IMG/VR virus record: IMGVR_UViG_3300023179_000085
Location: 1 to 64,000 of that record
Length of the DNA: 64,000 nucleotides
Reading direction: 5' to 3' (one strand)
Source: a virus
In this document: positions 39,409 through 53,548 of the stretch, one piece after another
How positions within the stretch are numbered: the stretch's first letter is position 1
Layout: every line of letters starts with the position of its first letter
Translations under genes and position numbers: made by a program
Notes under the pieces: generated by a model
The model's input: only the letters and a program-made list of their open reading frames with translations
Told to the model about the DNA's origin: nothing
The model's database searches: none

Positions 39409-42400
39409 ATGAGAAGAGACAATCAGCCAATACATAACATTGGCTTTGGTGTTACCTCAAGAGACTTCGCAGAGCAAAGAAATGAAGACGTAGGCCCTGC
39501 TGCTAATTCTGGCTTTATTGCCAGAGCACTTGAGGGCAATCCAATCACCAAAATGGCTACGGCCATGATTGCCACAGGCATTGCAGCAACAGTTGCTGGC
39601 AAGGTTGTTAAGGGCCAGGGCTTAAAGCTTGGCTATAAGCTAACACAAGCCGCGCGTGCAGCAGAGCAAGCTGGTACCCAAAATGTATTGACCAGGTCTC
39701 ATCAGGGGCTTCTTAAAGTACGCAGTATTCTTGACGAGCTAGAAGGCGTAACTCGATTAGCCGAAGGTACAACTTCTTTAGTATACAAAGAAGCTGGAAA
39801 AGATACCCTAACCACTGGTTATGAGGGTATAAAAAGCATCCTTGATACAGGATACTCCTTTGCAAGAAAGGGAGTAAAAGGTGCAGAAGGATGGGCTTGG
39901 AGAGACCAGCTTCAGCAGTCTTTAGTTAGACAGGCAAGAAGGCTACCCTATGAAGTGCCAGCATTTTATGCAGTTGATAAGACTGTCGGAAGAAAGCTAT
40001 TTGGCAGAGAAGAACCAGATGGCCCAAGAAAAAAGTGGTATGACCCAAGCAGAATAACTGATATAGGAAAAGATTTAGCTAAGACTACCGCATTTCAATT
40101 GGGCGGATTTGTTCTTCCGGCTGCAATGGCTGGAGCCTCTAAAGAAAGTTCGTTAAACTTTTTTAGAACAGCAGAACAAAGATGGGACTCAATGTATGCT
40201 GGATATAAGCAGTTAACTCCAGTTCAGAAAAAACTTTATGAAAATACAAATTTTCTAAGAGGATCACTTTCTGAAGTCGGACAAGATATTTTTAATGTTT
40301 TAGATAAATCAATTAAATTTTCCGAAAGATCTTCAGGCGCTTTATCTGTAGCATTTTCTACATTATCTGGAGTTAACAAAAACCCAGTTGGCGACTTGTA
40401 CGCAGCGCGCCATGGAGCTAATCCAAGTCAACCTGTTTCTACAAAAATTAAAAATATAGCTTCTGATATTTATAGGGGAAATAAACAAGCGCTAAATAGT
40501 GGATTAGCAGACAGTACAAAAATAGACAGTCTCCTAGATTTGATACCAGGCTATAAGTCAATAAGACAGGGATTAACTCAGGGTTACAAGCAGTATAAAA
40601 ATCTAAGTGCAGCTCAAATTTATCTTGATAAAAGCGGAGATACATTACAAGCAGCGCAAAAAATTATTGCAAAAGCAAATAAGCTAGGTCCTGCTCCTGC
40701 CGATAAAGATGTTAACCCAATACTTGTTGAATCAATAGAAAATATTTTAAGAAAAAGAACTTCTCCATTAATAAGACTCGCTCAAGATTTTGAAAACCAA
40801 GTAGGTATTCGCAGGGGCGGAAATAGGGCGTCTGTAACTGGGCTTGACTACGCAGCAAGAAATGGGTATCTATCTAGATCATTTAAGAGAGAAGTTTTTG
40901 ATGCACAGTACAGAAAACAGCTAGTTAATAGGCTTTCACAAATTGATGGAGTAGATCAAACATCCGCAGAAAAATTTGCAGATCAACTTTATTTTGATGA
41001 ATATCCATGGAAAGCTGTAAAGGGAAAAACAGATCCAGAATTTATTGCTCCAGAAAATAGGATAACAATAGGTGGCAGCGCCCCAGAAACAGATTTTTTT
41101 GCTACTGTTATAGATAGATACAATAAGGGTAAAGTTGGGAAGATAAATCCAATAACCCTAAAACCAGAAGAACTTGAAACTGCGCTTAGCGAAGTTGACA
41201 ATTTATATAAAGCGGCTTTTGAACCCGGTGCTAAAGATATTTCTCTTCTTTATGGAAATATAGATATAGATTCAACTGCTAATGTAATTTATGAAAAGTT
41301 TAAAAAGTTTGCCACTCAAACTGCTCTTAGGGGAACTAAACCAAAAGAAGATAGCTTTAGCGTTCTCTATAACACGAATCTACCAAATACTGCAAGAGTA
41401 AAAAGAGATGCATTATCCGAACTACAAAAGCTAACTGCAAGAACTATAGGTATAGACGAAAATGCACCAAATTTAACTGCAAGACTTTCAGCAAGAGGTT
41501 TTGACTCTCATGAGCAAATGCAGGGGTATCTTCTAAACAATAAAGCCATACAGGCATCAAAATTTGGGAGCATAGGTAGTTTCTTTGGAGTTTCTGCTTA
41601 TACGCTTGATGAGTTTTTAGCAGATCAAGATAAGCTGATTGCTAATAAAATCCTAAGAACACAAACTGGAACGACCAGTCCATTAGCTGGAAATATAGTA
41701 GATTCAGCCGGAAATGCTTCCCCTTCTCCTTATCAGGTCTTTACTGGAAATATTGCCTTTCAAACTCCGAATTCCAGTATGTTGTCAACAAATCCGATTA
41801 GACAAATTATTTCAGACATAAGACTTACCAGTGGACAACAGGGCCAGGCACAAAGTAATTTAAGAGGTTTCTTTAAAATTGGAGATCAAGGAAGTTCAGT
41901 ACTCCTAAATGTTAATCCAATACAAGCTGGTGTTAGAGCTGTTTCAAAATTTTTAGCTAATGACATACGCGTTCCAATCATCAATATTAACCCAATGCAG
42001 ATGCTTGGGTTTAAAGACTTTCAGTCAATGTCAGAAGCTGGAATGTTTAGAGTATCTTCAGCAAGCGGTATGCATCCATTTGTTCCAAAAGCAGATGAAC
42101 TTGGTCTGGCAGCAGACATGTATACATGGCATAGCACTGGGGGCCTGCTTGGCACAAAGGGTAAGTTAGTAGCTTATCAATCGGGAAGGATGGAGGTTGG
42201 AAAAGAAAATACTTTAGCAAAAGAAATAGCTGGATATTATCGACCATTAGCTACGCGCAGCGCTGGCATGTTCACGAGAACGGCAGAGTTAGCATCTGAA
42301 CAAAGAACGCCAAGAACTTCATCTGATGAAGGTGGCTTTTTAGGAAAAGTAAAACAAAAATTAGATTACGCAGAAGAGCAACCAAATTCTCTATTTAGAT

Positions 42401-45400
42401 TTTTTGGCAGACTTTTAGACAGACAATCTGATGTAAATAATCCAGCTGTTTTAGGAAGAATACTTAGGGATGAATTTGATCAAGAATTTACAATTGGTGG
42501 TTTTGGTAGAAAAAGAAATTTAGTTTTAAGAAATATAACAGATTCCTCCGGCGAAACACTTGAGTATCAATTAAGAAACGCAGCTGATGACAGTTTGGTG
42601 GCCTCTCATGGAGAGTTGATGGAGGCATTTACCCGACTAGGAAATTCGATGTTGGGTTATGGAAATCCTAGAAGAGTTTCAGAAGCAATACTGGGAACGG
42701 GTGAATTAGCATCTTTCTCTGCCGCGTCAAGAGAGCTTAAGCTTAGCAGAATAGGCGATGCGGAAGGAGTGCTTTCTGGAGTTGGTCTAGATGATCTGCT
42801 TTCGCCAAAAACATCTGCCACAGCAAACAAAATTATAGATTTCTTTAAAAGCGATTTAACTGCAATAAATTCCTCTATAGATATTGATCAAAATCTTTCA
42901 AACTATCAAGCAATAGCAAAAGCTTTTAGTAGATTAAAGAAGTTCGGTGATATAACAGACTTTTCCGCACAATCTAGAATGTTGGAGTCATCTGGCTCCA
43001 TAGTAACTAGAGGTGATGAAATGGGGTTCGAGGTAATACGATACCTTACTCTCAGAAAAGGTTTAGCCCCTGGTGCAGACCCAGCTCAATTAATAACAAA
43101 TATTACCTCGGCCATTGATGACTTAGCGGCAAAGCGGAGTTATTAATTCATCTCAAAAAGCAGAAGCACAAGCTGCAACTCTGTCCACGCTCTTAAACTT
43201 AACTGCGTTTAAAACATTCCAATACGAACAGGGATCAAACGCAGCGGGTAGTGTAATAAATACTTTAAATAGATTTAAAGAAACAAAAGCTATTTTAAGT
43301 CAGAATCCAACGTTGTTAGATCCCCTTATCCAGGGGACAACAGAGGCAGCAGGTAGATCTTCGCTTAACCCAATTAGCGCTGCGATGGGTAAAGTGGCTC
43401 CAATGTTCAAGAGAAATTTTGGAATGGGTCAATATGTGGAAGATCAAATACCAACAGTTCTTAGTGGAAGAACTGGAGAAAACCCATTTACATTCGTTCC
43501 AACATTTGCAACAGCTTTTAAGAGAAATCCAAAAGCTACATTATTAAGCGCTTCTGGAATACACACATATGGTAATGAAGAAGGTTTTTCGCTAGCTTCA
43601 GTACCAATGTCAATTGGTTTTCAAAGATTAAATAGATATTTTGGAACAGTAGGATCTCAATTAAATGAAAGCAACTTCTATGGTCCATTAGATCTTTACT
43701 TTAGGGGAATGGTTGGAGAAAGAATACTTCCAGCAGTTGCTATAGGAACAACCGCATTAACAGTTGATAGAACACTTGGCGGATATACTCAACCAAAAGA
43801 TGAAAGAGGAGAAAGAGTATATTCACCTCTTGTATTGGGAACAGCTGCAAGAATTGGCGTAGAAGGGCAAGCTCTTGCTAGCGGTTTAACTCCTGGTGGA
43901 ATGGGATATTTTGAAAAGAGAAAACAATTACTTGAAGGCGAAGTTCCAATAAGAAAAGGAAGATTCTGGCCACTTGGGAACACACCGTTTAAAGGTGGAA
44001 AAATTGAGTACTTTAGACCATCGTGGTATAGAAGGCTTCAGGGTGGTGCGATGTTTACATCGGACACCTATGGAAGCCCAATGGAAAAGTTTTTATACTA
44101 TAATGACTTTTCTCCCCTAAGACCACTTGATCCATATAGGTTTGAAAGAAAACATTATCAAGATAGACCTTATCCAGTAACTGGAGAGTATTTTAGTGGT
44201 CCGTTTGGAGCGGCAGTACCAGTTCTCAACGCAACTGTAGGTAGAATACTTAAACCACAAAAAATAATGCATCCGGCAGAACTTGCTCGTGGACTGAGCG
44301 AGTATCAAAAAGTTGGACAAGGGGGTGCTTTTTTACCAACGTTTGATGCGTCAAACTACGCTACGCCACTTACTCCATATAATACTGATGAGTCTGTTAG
44401 AGAAGTCTATCCAGATTTAACATTTGCTGCAGCACCCGCATACGGTAGAGAGCCTAGACCACTTAGAAATATACCAACAACATTAGCTGGAGGCATACAA
44501 AGTAGGAGCCGGTTCCTCTATCCCGATAGCGTTACATAACGCAAATGCCGCGAATGCATCCGCACCTCAGCAAACAGGTAGGCAAGCAGTAAGAGCGCAG
44601 TCAGAATACTATAATACATCACTTGTACAGGCATCTGCCAGCGCTCCCCCCTCAATATCAAGATCGATAAACCCCATTCTCCCCGGTGTTCCTACTGGTT
44701 CCAATATAGCTCCAGCCGACATAGTGCCGTCAGGCATGCCATTTAAAACTACAAATAGAGAAGTTATTGGTGGCGAATTAGGCTATAGACTACAGGAAAC
44801 TTTCGGTATATACGGTTTTGCTGGTGGAAACATTAGAGAATCACTAGGATTTGGTTCTTTTGATTTTGAGCCGAATAGAGCTGTACTTCAATCGGCATCT
44901 AAAGCTTATGGAACCACAAGGGCTTTTTGGGATCTTAATTTGGGTGGTCTTGGTGACCTTCCGCTTCAAGCTGAAGGAGCTTTGGGTAATATAGAAATAT
45001 CTGAAGTTGTTAGAAGATTTATACCAAAAGAAAGAACAAATGTAGATTATGTAAATCCTATTAGAAATACTATGGGAATACAATATCAGTTCTTGCCAGG
45101 TAGAGATAATTTTATTGATTTTACTACTGGTGATCCTTTTACAAAAGTAAAAGAAGGTGAACTGAGACTTCCTGGTGTTGGTTATGAAAGATTTAATAAA
45201 TTATACTCAGATCAATCTGGAAGATATGGAGCAGTAAATCAGCTAGATATTTTAGCCGATGTTGCACCCTACTCAAAAGAATTTAGAGCTTTAGATTCTA
45301 GAATAAATAAAATTGGTCTTTCAGAAGAAGAAAGAAAAAAAGTAGGTCAAATTAGATCGCAGATTAATGCGATAGAACAAAGTAGAACAAACTTTGATCC

Positions 45401-46436
45401 TTATAAAGAACCTAGAAGCATTTTCCAAAAAGCATTAAATCCCTTGGAGACAACAAAGGACTACTTGCAGCATACGGATAACTTCGTAAACAATAAGTTT
45501 TTTGGTAAAAGAACAGCGACTGAAGACTACGAAAGAAGACATGTATATGGTTCTACGTTCCCAGAGTGGCAAAGGCCAATCGAAAGCTTTATACAGCCAA
45601 TATATAATAAGGGCACGCAAAGAAATCCATTACTTGCTGCTGGCGTAGGTGCAATAGGTCTTGGTCTTTTTGGTAAGGGCCCAAGAGCACAGTTTATTTT
45701 AGGTTCTTTTGGTGCGTTAACAGTTGGTGGTTTTTCGGCAATACAGAGATCCAAAGAAGAAAGATATATTCCCCAGGAAAGAAAAAAGCAACTTGCACTT
45801 GAAGAATACACAGATGTATTAAGCTATGTCAAAAATAGAACAGCTGCAGCTAGAGCAGAAAAAATAGGTGACGTAGAAGCCGCAAAGCAATACATGGCTC
45901 TTTCAAGAAGAACAATGTATGGAGCTGATTTAGATTCAAAATCAATAGATCAATTAGCGCTATCTATACCAAAGAGAAAAAGAGATTACTTTAAGGCGAT
46001 GATTGAAGCTCCGGAATCCGAGAGGGGAAGAATATTATCAACAGCTCCAAGATTGGAAAGAAGAATATACGAAGCCGCTTGGGGAATGCCAGTAGAAAGA
46101 AGGCCAGATCTAGTTCAGTATTTTACAAGACATGAGCTACCCAATGCCAACTGGGAAGGTTGGCATCCTAACACAAACATGGAACATGTTAAAATAAAGA
46201 TGGGACAGGCGATGGGTATTGAAATGTCGCAAATGGGTTTCTTCCCACAACAAATTAGGGAAGCTAATTTAGTTAACCCAAGTTATCCAGGTTTCGGCGC
46301 TTCTAATATGTCAGAAAAAGATGTTAGATCCCAGCTTCAAAGGTTAATGTTTGATATGGGTATAGATGGAAACATTACTCCAGTTACTAATAATACAAAT
46401 CCTGGTCAAATTAATGTAATGGCCGGAGTAAGGTGA
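39409..46436 (+). CDS. tape-measure-like giant virion protein; +1 shifts at CGG 43135 and 44510 (about 2341 aa joined)
   Basis: Three track ORFs join into one frame when one C is skipped at each CGG; the gaps are stop-free in the +1 frame; located after the chaperones. Confidence 0.65.
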
Positions 46437-46448
46437 TTTTAAATACCT

Positions 46449-49400
46449 ATGGTTTCTGTTAATGACTTTTCAAAAATAGGTGTAGACTTTTCGGAAAAAG
46501 GCTTTCAAGCTACAGAAGCCTACGCAAAGGGTACCTTACGTTTTCTTGTAGACGCAGATGGAAAACTAGCAGTACAAAATATAATCACTGGTAAAGTATA
46601 TTCTAGTCAAACAAGTTCAATAGAATCTGTTTTAGCGGACGCAGCAAAACTTTCAGTTTCTGAATATGATGAAATATCTCCAGTTGGTTTGTCCCAATTA
46701 GTAACTGGAGAAGCAGTAGACAAAAGCCAATATGGAAGATTATCTGATTTAGTAAAAGCAGTTAATGAAAGCGTTTTAAGTAGCGGGGCAGCTGATCAGA
46801 GTTACGCGGAAGCAGTGCGAAAAGCAGTGGGATTAGAGGGGGTTGTTGATCAAAGATTGGTTATTGAAAGAATTGGTTTCGAAAAAGCAAAAGACATTGG
46901 CGGTGATAGGCCTCTTCAGTCCGCTGTTGACAACATAGCGCAATCAATGATAGGGAGAGGCCAGTTCTTAGATCCAACAGCGAACGCTGCAGCTGTTTCA
47001 ACGGGAGAAGCGGTTCTTCCTGGTCTTTTAAATATTCAAAAAGATGCGTCTGTTTTACTTAGATTTAGGGTTGGGGATAAATATCTAACAACAGATCAGA
47101 TAACTAGATTATTGGTTAGAACTGGTTCGCAAGTTCTTGACGAGGGCAAATTAAGGTCCGTTCTTGGTAAAGATTCTGATGATATTCTTGGAGAAATTGG
47201 ATCAACATTTGCAAAAGTTTCAAAAAGAATTAAGGCAACAACGTCAGCCAGAAACCTCGTAGAGGGAGAAGAGGGTATATCTAGCTTATTGAGTTATCTT
47301 AAAACAGAAGGAAATTTACAAAATCAATTTGTAGATCAAATCCAAACTCTTGATGACGCATTTTTGATATATGATACTAATCTAGAATCTATACTTCAAA
47401 CATTTGGAGCACAAGATCAATTTGGTGCAGCGTACATTTCTAGTCAAAAAAACTTGGGAGGACAAAAAGCATTTCAATCAGCCTCAAGAAGAAGGCAGGG
47501 TATCAAGATAGCCACTAGAGGATACGATACAGTAAACGAAGAGGGTCTTAATGTCGGCCAACAGTTTTTTAGGAATACACTGAGAGCTAAAGGGGTTGCA
47601 GATGATGAAGTAGGAAGCGTTATGAATTTTCTCCAAGAAGCTATTAGCGGTGATTCTGGTTTTGTAACTCAAAAAATAGCAGCAGCTCAAGCTGAGTCTG
47701 ATCCACAAAAGGCAGCAAAAATAATTTCAGAAATAACTTCTGGAAATATCGCAAAGCACATTAAAGCCACAGCTGAAGCTCGTGGGATGAGCGCCAGTAG
47801 AATAAGCCAAATACAGTATGGTTTTACTGAAGCTTTGAAAAAAACACAAGATGGTTCTATGTTTATGAACGACATAGTCTTTAGACATAGGGCAATGCAA
47901 CTGCAGGATAATATTTTACAAGCAAGAAATAATTTAGATTCTTTACAATCCTCGTCTGGTCCTATAACAACAGAAATGCAAACAAGAATGTCAAATCTTA
48001 AACAAAACATTGCGACGTGGGAAAGTGACTTTAGGAGAATTGCTCAAGGTAATCCAATAGAAATGATCGATGGTAAATATCAAAAAGCTGCTTTTCAAGT
48101 GAGACAGCTTGATGACCAAACCGGAAGAATTTTTATAGGTAGTCGGTCAAGTTAAGATGGTATCTGATGTTTTGGCCGCAGAAAAAGGTAATAATGTTTA
48201 CGAATTACAAAGATTAGGATACATAGGAGTTGGCTCAGAAGAACTACTTAAAAGCGAAGTTTCACTTGCGGCTGGTAAAAGAATACCTGGCAGAAATCCA
48301 ATTAGTACAATAACTATGCAATTGTCTACTGGCCATGGAAATGAAATGATAAATGCAGATATACAAGGTCTTATATTCCATAAGCAAATGTATGGTCCAG
48401 GCAACGATGTAATCCGTGGTGAAATATCAAAAAATGCTAAGCAGATACAGCAAGATATAGAAGAATTCAGAAGAGGAAAAATATCTTCTCGACTAAGAGA
48501 TAAGGTTCAAAGAGGAGCAAACATAGATGTAGAAAATTGGGAAAGTCTTAGGTTTAGCAGTAGAAGTAGTGCTGTAAAGTTTAGACAAGAAGCAATAGAA
48601 CTGCAAGCTAACATACTTCGTCGGAGAACAGGGGCTTACAAATGTAGCTCATATTAGAGGTTTAGCTAAGCAGGCTGAAAGATTTTTAACACAAGACTTT
48701 TTTAAGTTTGACAGAGTTTATAGATCAGTTTCTGAAACTGGTCAAATTAGAAATACAAACTTATTTCTTCCAATACTTCCGTTTTCTCAAAGAAACGCAA
48801 TTGATACAGAAGAACGCGTGGCAAACGCCGTAGGCGATACAATTTTAGGAGGACGATTTAAAGACAGGGAATCTATAAGAATCGCAATGGAAAACGGCAC
48901 CGCCACTGAAATGGAATTGATGAAATACAGAATGCAGGGACATAAGTTTTTGGTTAGTGGCAGCACTGCAGACACACTATACGAAGCATTTGGCGGATTT
49001 GACTTAGACGACAAAGTAATAGGTGATTTATCTTTTCTTAGGGATACAAACGGAAATAGAAGATTAGCTTCTTTTGTTTGGCGTCAACCAACTGGTCCTC
49101 AGGAATTTGCTCTGATGTTTCCTCACTTAGATGAAGATACATTAATAAGAATGCTTGGTTCAGAAAACCAATTTGCTGAAAGATTTCAATTATTAGCCGG
49201 AGCTGTTTCGGATTCAATTAGTGAACAAAGATTCAATAGAATACCCAGTATTAAAGCTGGAGCAACAGCTTTGGAACTTAATTCATTAAATGAAGAAGAA
49301 AAAATTATTAAATATGTTTCTTTATTATCAAGAAACAAATCAGCAGCTAAACAATACATAGAGGGAATGGATACAAACAATCCTCAGTTTTTTGAAAAAG

Positions 49401-52400
49401 TAGAAAAAGCAATTTTCAGAATACTTGACGTTGGAAACAGGGATGCTAGCGGTTCTACCATGGGACTGCAATTTTCTCAAAGCTCAAGAAATATTTCTAT
49501 ACAAAATATACTAAAACATCTTCCAGGAGCTAGTGATATTTTAGAAGACGATTTTAGATTTATTAATCTTCCAGAAATAAACGAAGAAGTAGTTCGATTA
49601 GCTGCTACTGGTAGGTTTGGCACAGCAAGACAACTAACTCCTGAAATAGCTGAAAAATTAGCAGCAGTAGACCCTAAGTTTGGAATGCAGTACAGACAAA
49701 GCGGATTTATAAGAATGTTTGAAACAAAAATGTCACTCGATGCCGATGTCAATGACCCAGTACTTAGAACAGTTAGAGATATTTTAGAATCAAATAAAAG
49801 TGTAAGAACTTCTCTTGGAAGAGGATTTGGCAAAAAAACATCCGAACAAATTTTTGAAACTACAAGAGCAGGTTTGAAAAACGCTGCATCAGTTAGCGAA
49901 AATGATGTAGCTTACAGAATCGCTGGAAAAATACTACAATCAGATTCAATTGACAATGAAATTAAATTTCAAATTGAAGAAGCATTTAATAAGTCTTTTA
50001 ATCGCCAACAGTACGCAGCTTTTGCTGCAGAAGATGGCCTTGGCATATATGTAAATAAACTTGGTTTTGCCTCTTCTTTAGATATGCAAAGACAAGACGC
50101 AATTTCTTCTATCATGGAAAGATTAAACACATCCAATGCGTTTGATGCAAATGATTTACAAAAAAGACTATCGTCATTAAGAATCAATTCAATACCAGTA
50201 TATACTCCAGAGCAAGCAATTGACGCAGCTATTGCAGGCGGCGGCGGAAGACTTAAGATTGCCGGGTCCGCTCAAGAATTGTATGCAGCAACACAAATAT
50301 TTTCCTCTGACTCCCAGGGTGTTTTAGATGAATTTACAAGAAACCAAGCAATAAACAAAAGCTTAAGTAGATTAGCAGTTGTAAAAACTGGTGTTGATTT
50401 TGGGGAAGAAGCAGTTTTAAATCAATTTCAAACTGCGTTTAGAGAATTGGGGCATAGTGAAGCTCAAATAACACAAAAGATTCAAGCACTTACTGCAGCT
50501 TATTCAAACAATAAAAAGGGATTCTCTCAACAAATGCAGGAGCTAGTAACTAATTTATTAGATCAATCTGGTAGCAGGCTTACTGCCGGAGATTCAATCG
50601 GAGCACAAAAGCTTGAGCAAATAGCTTTTGGATTCATGGATGTCGGAGCAGCATCTGTTGGTAGCGCAGCAGTAGCTGGGTCTGCCCAAGATATGCGGAG
50701 AGTTACTTGCATATCAAATTATGTTAGGTGTAGAAAAATCAAAAAGAATAGGGTTTGATAGATTTGCTACTCAACTAAAGCTAAGTATGGGTAAAAATCG
50801 GAGAAGTTTTGTCTGTAGCCGAAAACATGCTAGAAGGATTAAAGCTTGGATTATCTAGGGCAACAGGCGCAACTTCTGGCACCGATGAAGTAACTAAAAT
50901 TATTGCAAATATCGAAAACGCAGTCAGCCAAGTGCAGAGAAGCGTTTTAGATAAAAAAGGAGTAACAAAAAGCTTAGGTCAATTAAAGGCCTCTCTTTTA
51001 AACAATGCTCGGATTACCTGACGCACAATCGGCAGCTTTACTCGTTAACGATATGACAGAAACAGCAAAGCTACTTGAAACCCTTAAAAGCAAAGAAGAT
51101 ATTTTAAGATCAAGCGCAAGTACTGAACTCGCTCAGTTTTATGGAGTTTTAAAACAAAGCCAAGAAGTAGCAGATGTGGAAAATTTTCTTACAAAAAATT
51201 TACTAGAACAACAAAATAACGAACTAGCAGAATATGAAAAACTCTATAGACTAGAATCAGATTTAAAAAGAGTAGACAGATTGAATCAGTTTGGCGACGA
51301 AAACCAAAATCTTATAGCCCGAATTGATGAACTTTTTGCTAATGGTGCACCAGAAAGATCTATTGTAGCCGGGTTGGATCAAGCTGAATCTGTTTCAAGT
51401 CAAGCAATAAATGTTGTTTTAGAAAAAGCAAGAATTGGACTAGAGCAAACTAAAAATACAATTTCGCAAAATATTATTCAAAATTTAGAAGAAGTTATAA
51501 GATCAAATCCAGATGATCCGTCTGCTGCCCTAAGGCATATTCAGACACTTTTATTTTATCAAAAGAAATACTCTAGCGTTACAACCGCAGAAGCTTCTGC
51601 TCAATCAGGACTTGGCAGAATACTAGAATCCGTTTTAAGTCCAATAGGAGAATATGGAGAAAACCAATATTCAATAGCTGGAAGAAACTATGCTTTATCA
51701 GATATAGTTGATTACGCAAGAGCCTCAATGCTTAGAACGTCTTTAGAGGGTAACCAGGGAACGCTATCCATGGTTGACGACGTTTTCGATTATCTGTCTA
51801 GAATCCGTCCAACAAACATAGCTCCAGGAGAAGATTTTTTTTCTCTTAGTACTTTAAATAGAATTTTTGACTACTCAAACGCAAGAGCTACAGTTACATC
51901 TGAAACCAGGGCACTAAAAGACATACCTAGAATAATGCAGCAGGTACCAGCAGAAATTATCGAGGCTCTTGATTCAGTTGGAATGGGTGGGATATCTCAA
52001 GTATTAAGTCCGAGCATATTTGACCCCGCAGCACAACAAAACGCTCAGATAGACTCAATGTTAAGTAGATTCGGATTAGGCGGTTTAAGGCAACAATTAT
52101 TCCCAGAAAACATGCCGTCTACTGCAAACTTCTTTGCTGACGCATCAGGAAAAACTATAGACCTCGGTCTTGTTGCATCCAAAAAAGTTGGTACAGCCTA
52201 TAATCCGGCGATAGATGCAGATTTAGTCAATGATTTATTGGCATTAGCTGCAGAAAGACAAGAGGATGTTGAGAGCTTGGTAATGCAAAGATATAGAGAT
52301 AGAATGACTTCGGTATTAACGAATAAAGGTGTGGCAATACGAGAAGAAGATATGGCCGCCGCAACCGAAAGATACATTATGAACTTAAGAAGAATAATAG

Positions 52401-53062
52401 CAATACGTAGAGCAAGAGATACGTATGAGGGTATAGCTTTAAGGGCTCCAGGTATGATTGAGGCATTCGAGACCGCAGTACAAGAAAGCCCTGTGGGTTC
52501 AGCCACAGATGCTATTGATGAAATACTTGGTAGATACATGGAAGAGATAGCAGATACAACTGCTGCAGATGCTGTTGTTAGAGATTCTTTTTCTAACTTG
52601 GTTATGGACCAAATTGCTCCTCGAGCTAAATATACTAGATTTGGTCAATTCCTACAACAGCAAATAGCAGACAATCCGAATTTGGGCGCGATGCTTTCTG
52701 GAGCTTTTCAAAACAAAGGTAAAATAATAGCAGGCGCAGCTGCAGCTACGGGAATAGCTATATTTGCGATGAAAAGAAATAAAGATGTAACACCAGAAAG
52801 TATATCTGGTCCGCCACTCCTGCCTGGTGGCAATCCGTATGAAAACATTCCGACAATGCCGTACGCCATAGAACCAATGCCTACAGCAGGTAGTGGGCAA
52901 GGTGTTTCTTATAATGTTTCCGTTAACGGAGATTATGAAAAGATGCAGGAGTTTATGAGTAGGGCCGGATACTTATCAAATGGTCAAATGCAGGGTACTA
53001 TGCATAGCAGTTTGCCTGATCTTGGCGGCAATCACTATGATGATATAGCTGGTTCATTTTAA
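46449..53062 (+). CDS. giant virion-associated protein; +1 shifts at CGG 48144, 48622, 50696, 50799, 51010 (about 2202 aa joined)
   Basis: Five track ORFs plus an unlisted 34-codon segment (50697-50798) join seamlessly; function unknown. Confidence 0.65.
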
Positions 53063-53065
53063 AAT

Positions 53066-53545
53066 ATGAGTTTACTAAACGCTGACTATAATAAAAAGCT
53101 AAAAGACGCTGCTAATGCTAGGCCCGATACAAGGCCAATAGTAGGCAGATCCACTCAGCTATCGGCTCAGGTTAGTCATACACCGTCTAGTGGTAAGCCT
53201 AGTGCAGTCCAAGAAAGCAAAAGGGCTATCACTGAATCCCCGGAAGCAGTAGCTCCTTCTTCTGATCCGGTTAGAGGTTCGTATGAGGGCTATATGCGCA
53301 GTGCGCCAGCCTGGATACAGGCTAGCAATACCGGTTACGATAATCCAAGAAATCAACAAGCTAGACAAAATAAAAATATTTCTGGAAAAAATAAAACAAA
53401 TATTTTAAATATAAAGTCACTTTCAAATTCTTTTAATAAATCAAACAATTCTGGTATAATAAATAATTATTCAAGAATGATGAAAGCTAATACTTCCGGA
53501 GCAAAAATAGCTGAAATGAATAGATTAGAAAGAATGTTTAAATAA
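53066..53545 (+). CDS. hypothetical basic low-complexity protein
   Basis: 159 aa, tightly packed between its neighbours. Confidence 0.65.
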   Translation: MSLLNADYNKKLKDAANARPDTRPIVGRSTQLSAQVSHTPSSGKPSAVQESKRAITESPEAVAPSSDPVRGSYEGYMRSAPAWIQASNTGYDNPRNQQARQNKNISGKNKTNILNIKSLSNSFNKSNNSGIINNYSRMMKANTSGAKIAEMNRLERMFK

Positions 53546-53548
53546 CGT

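Noticed and set aside
43147-44723. Introns or spacers in the gaps between ORF pieces (e.g. 43147-43312, 44540-44723)
   Set aside because: The gaps are stop-free, protein-like sequence in the +1 frame; a one-base skip explains them without splicing.
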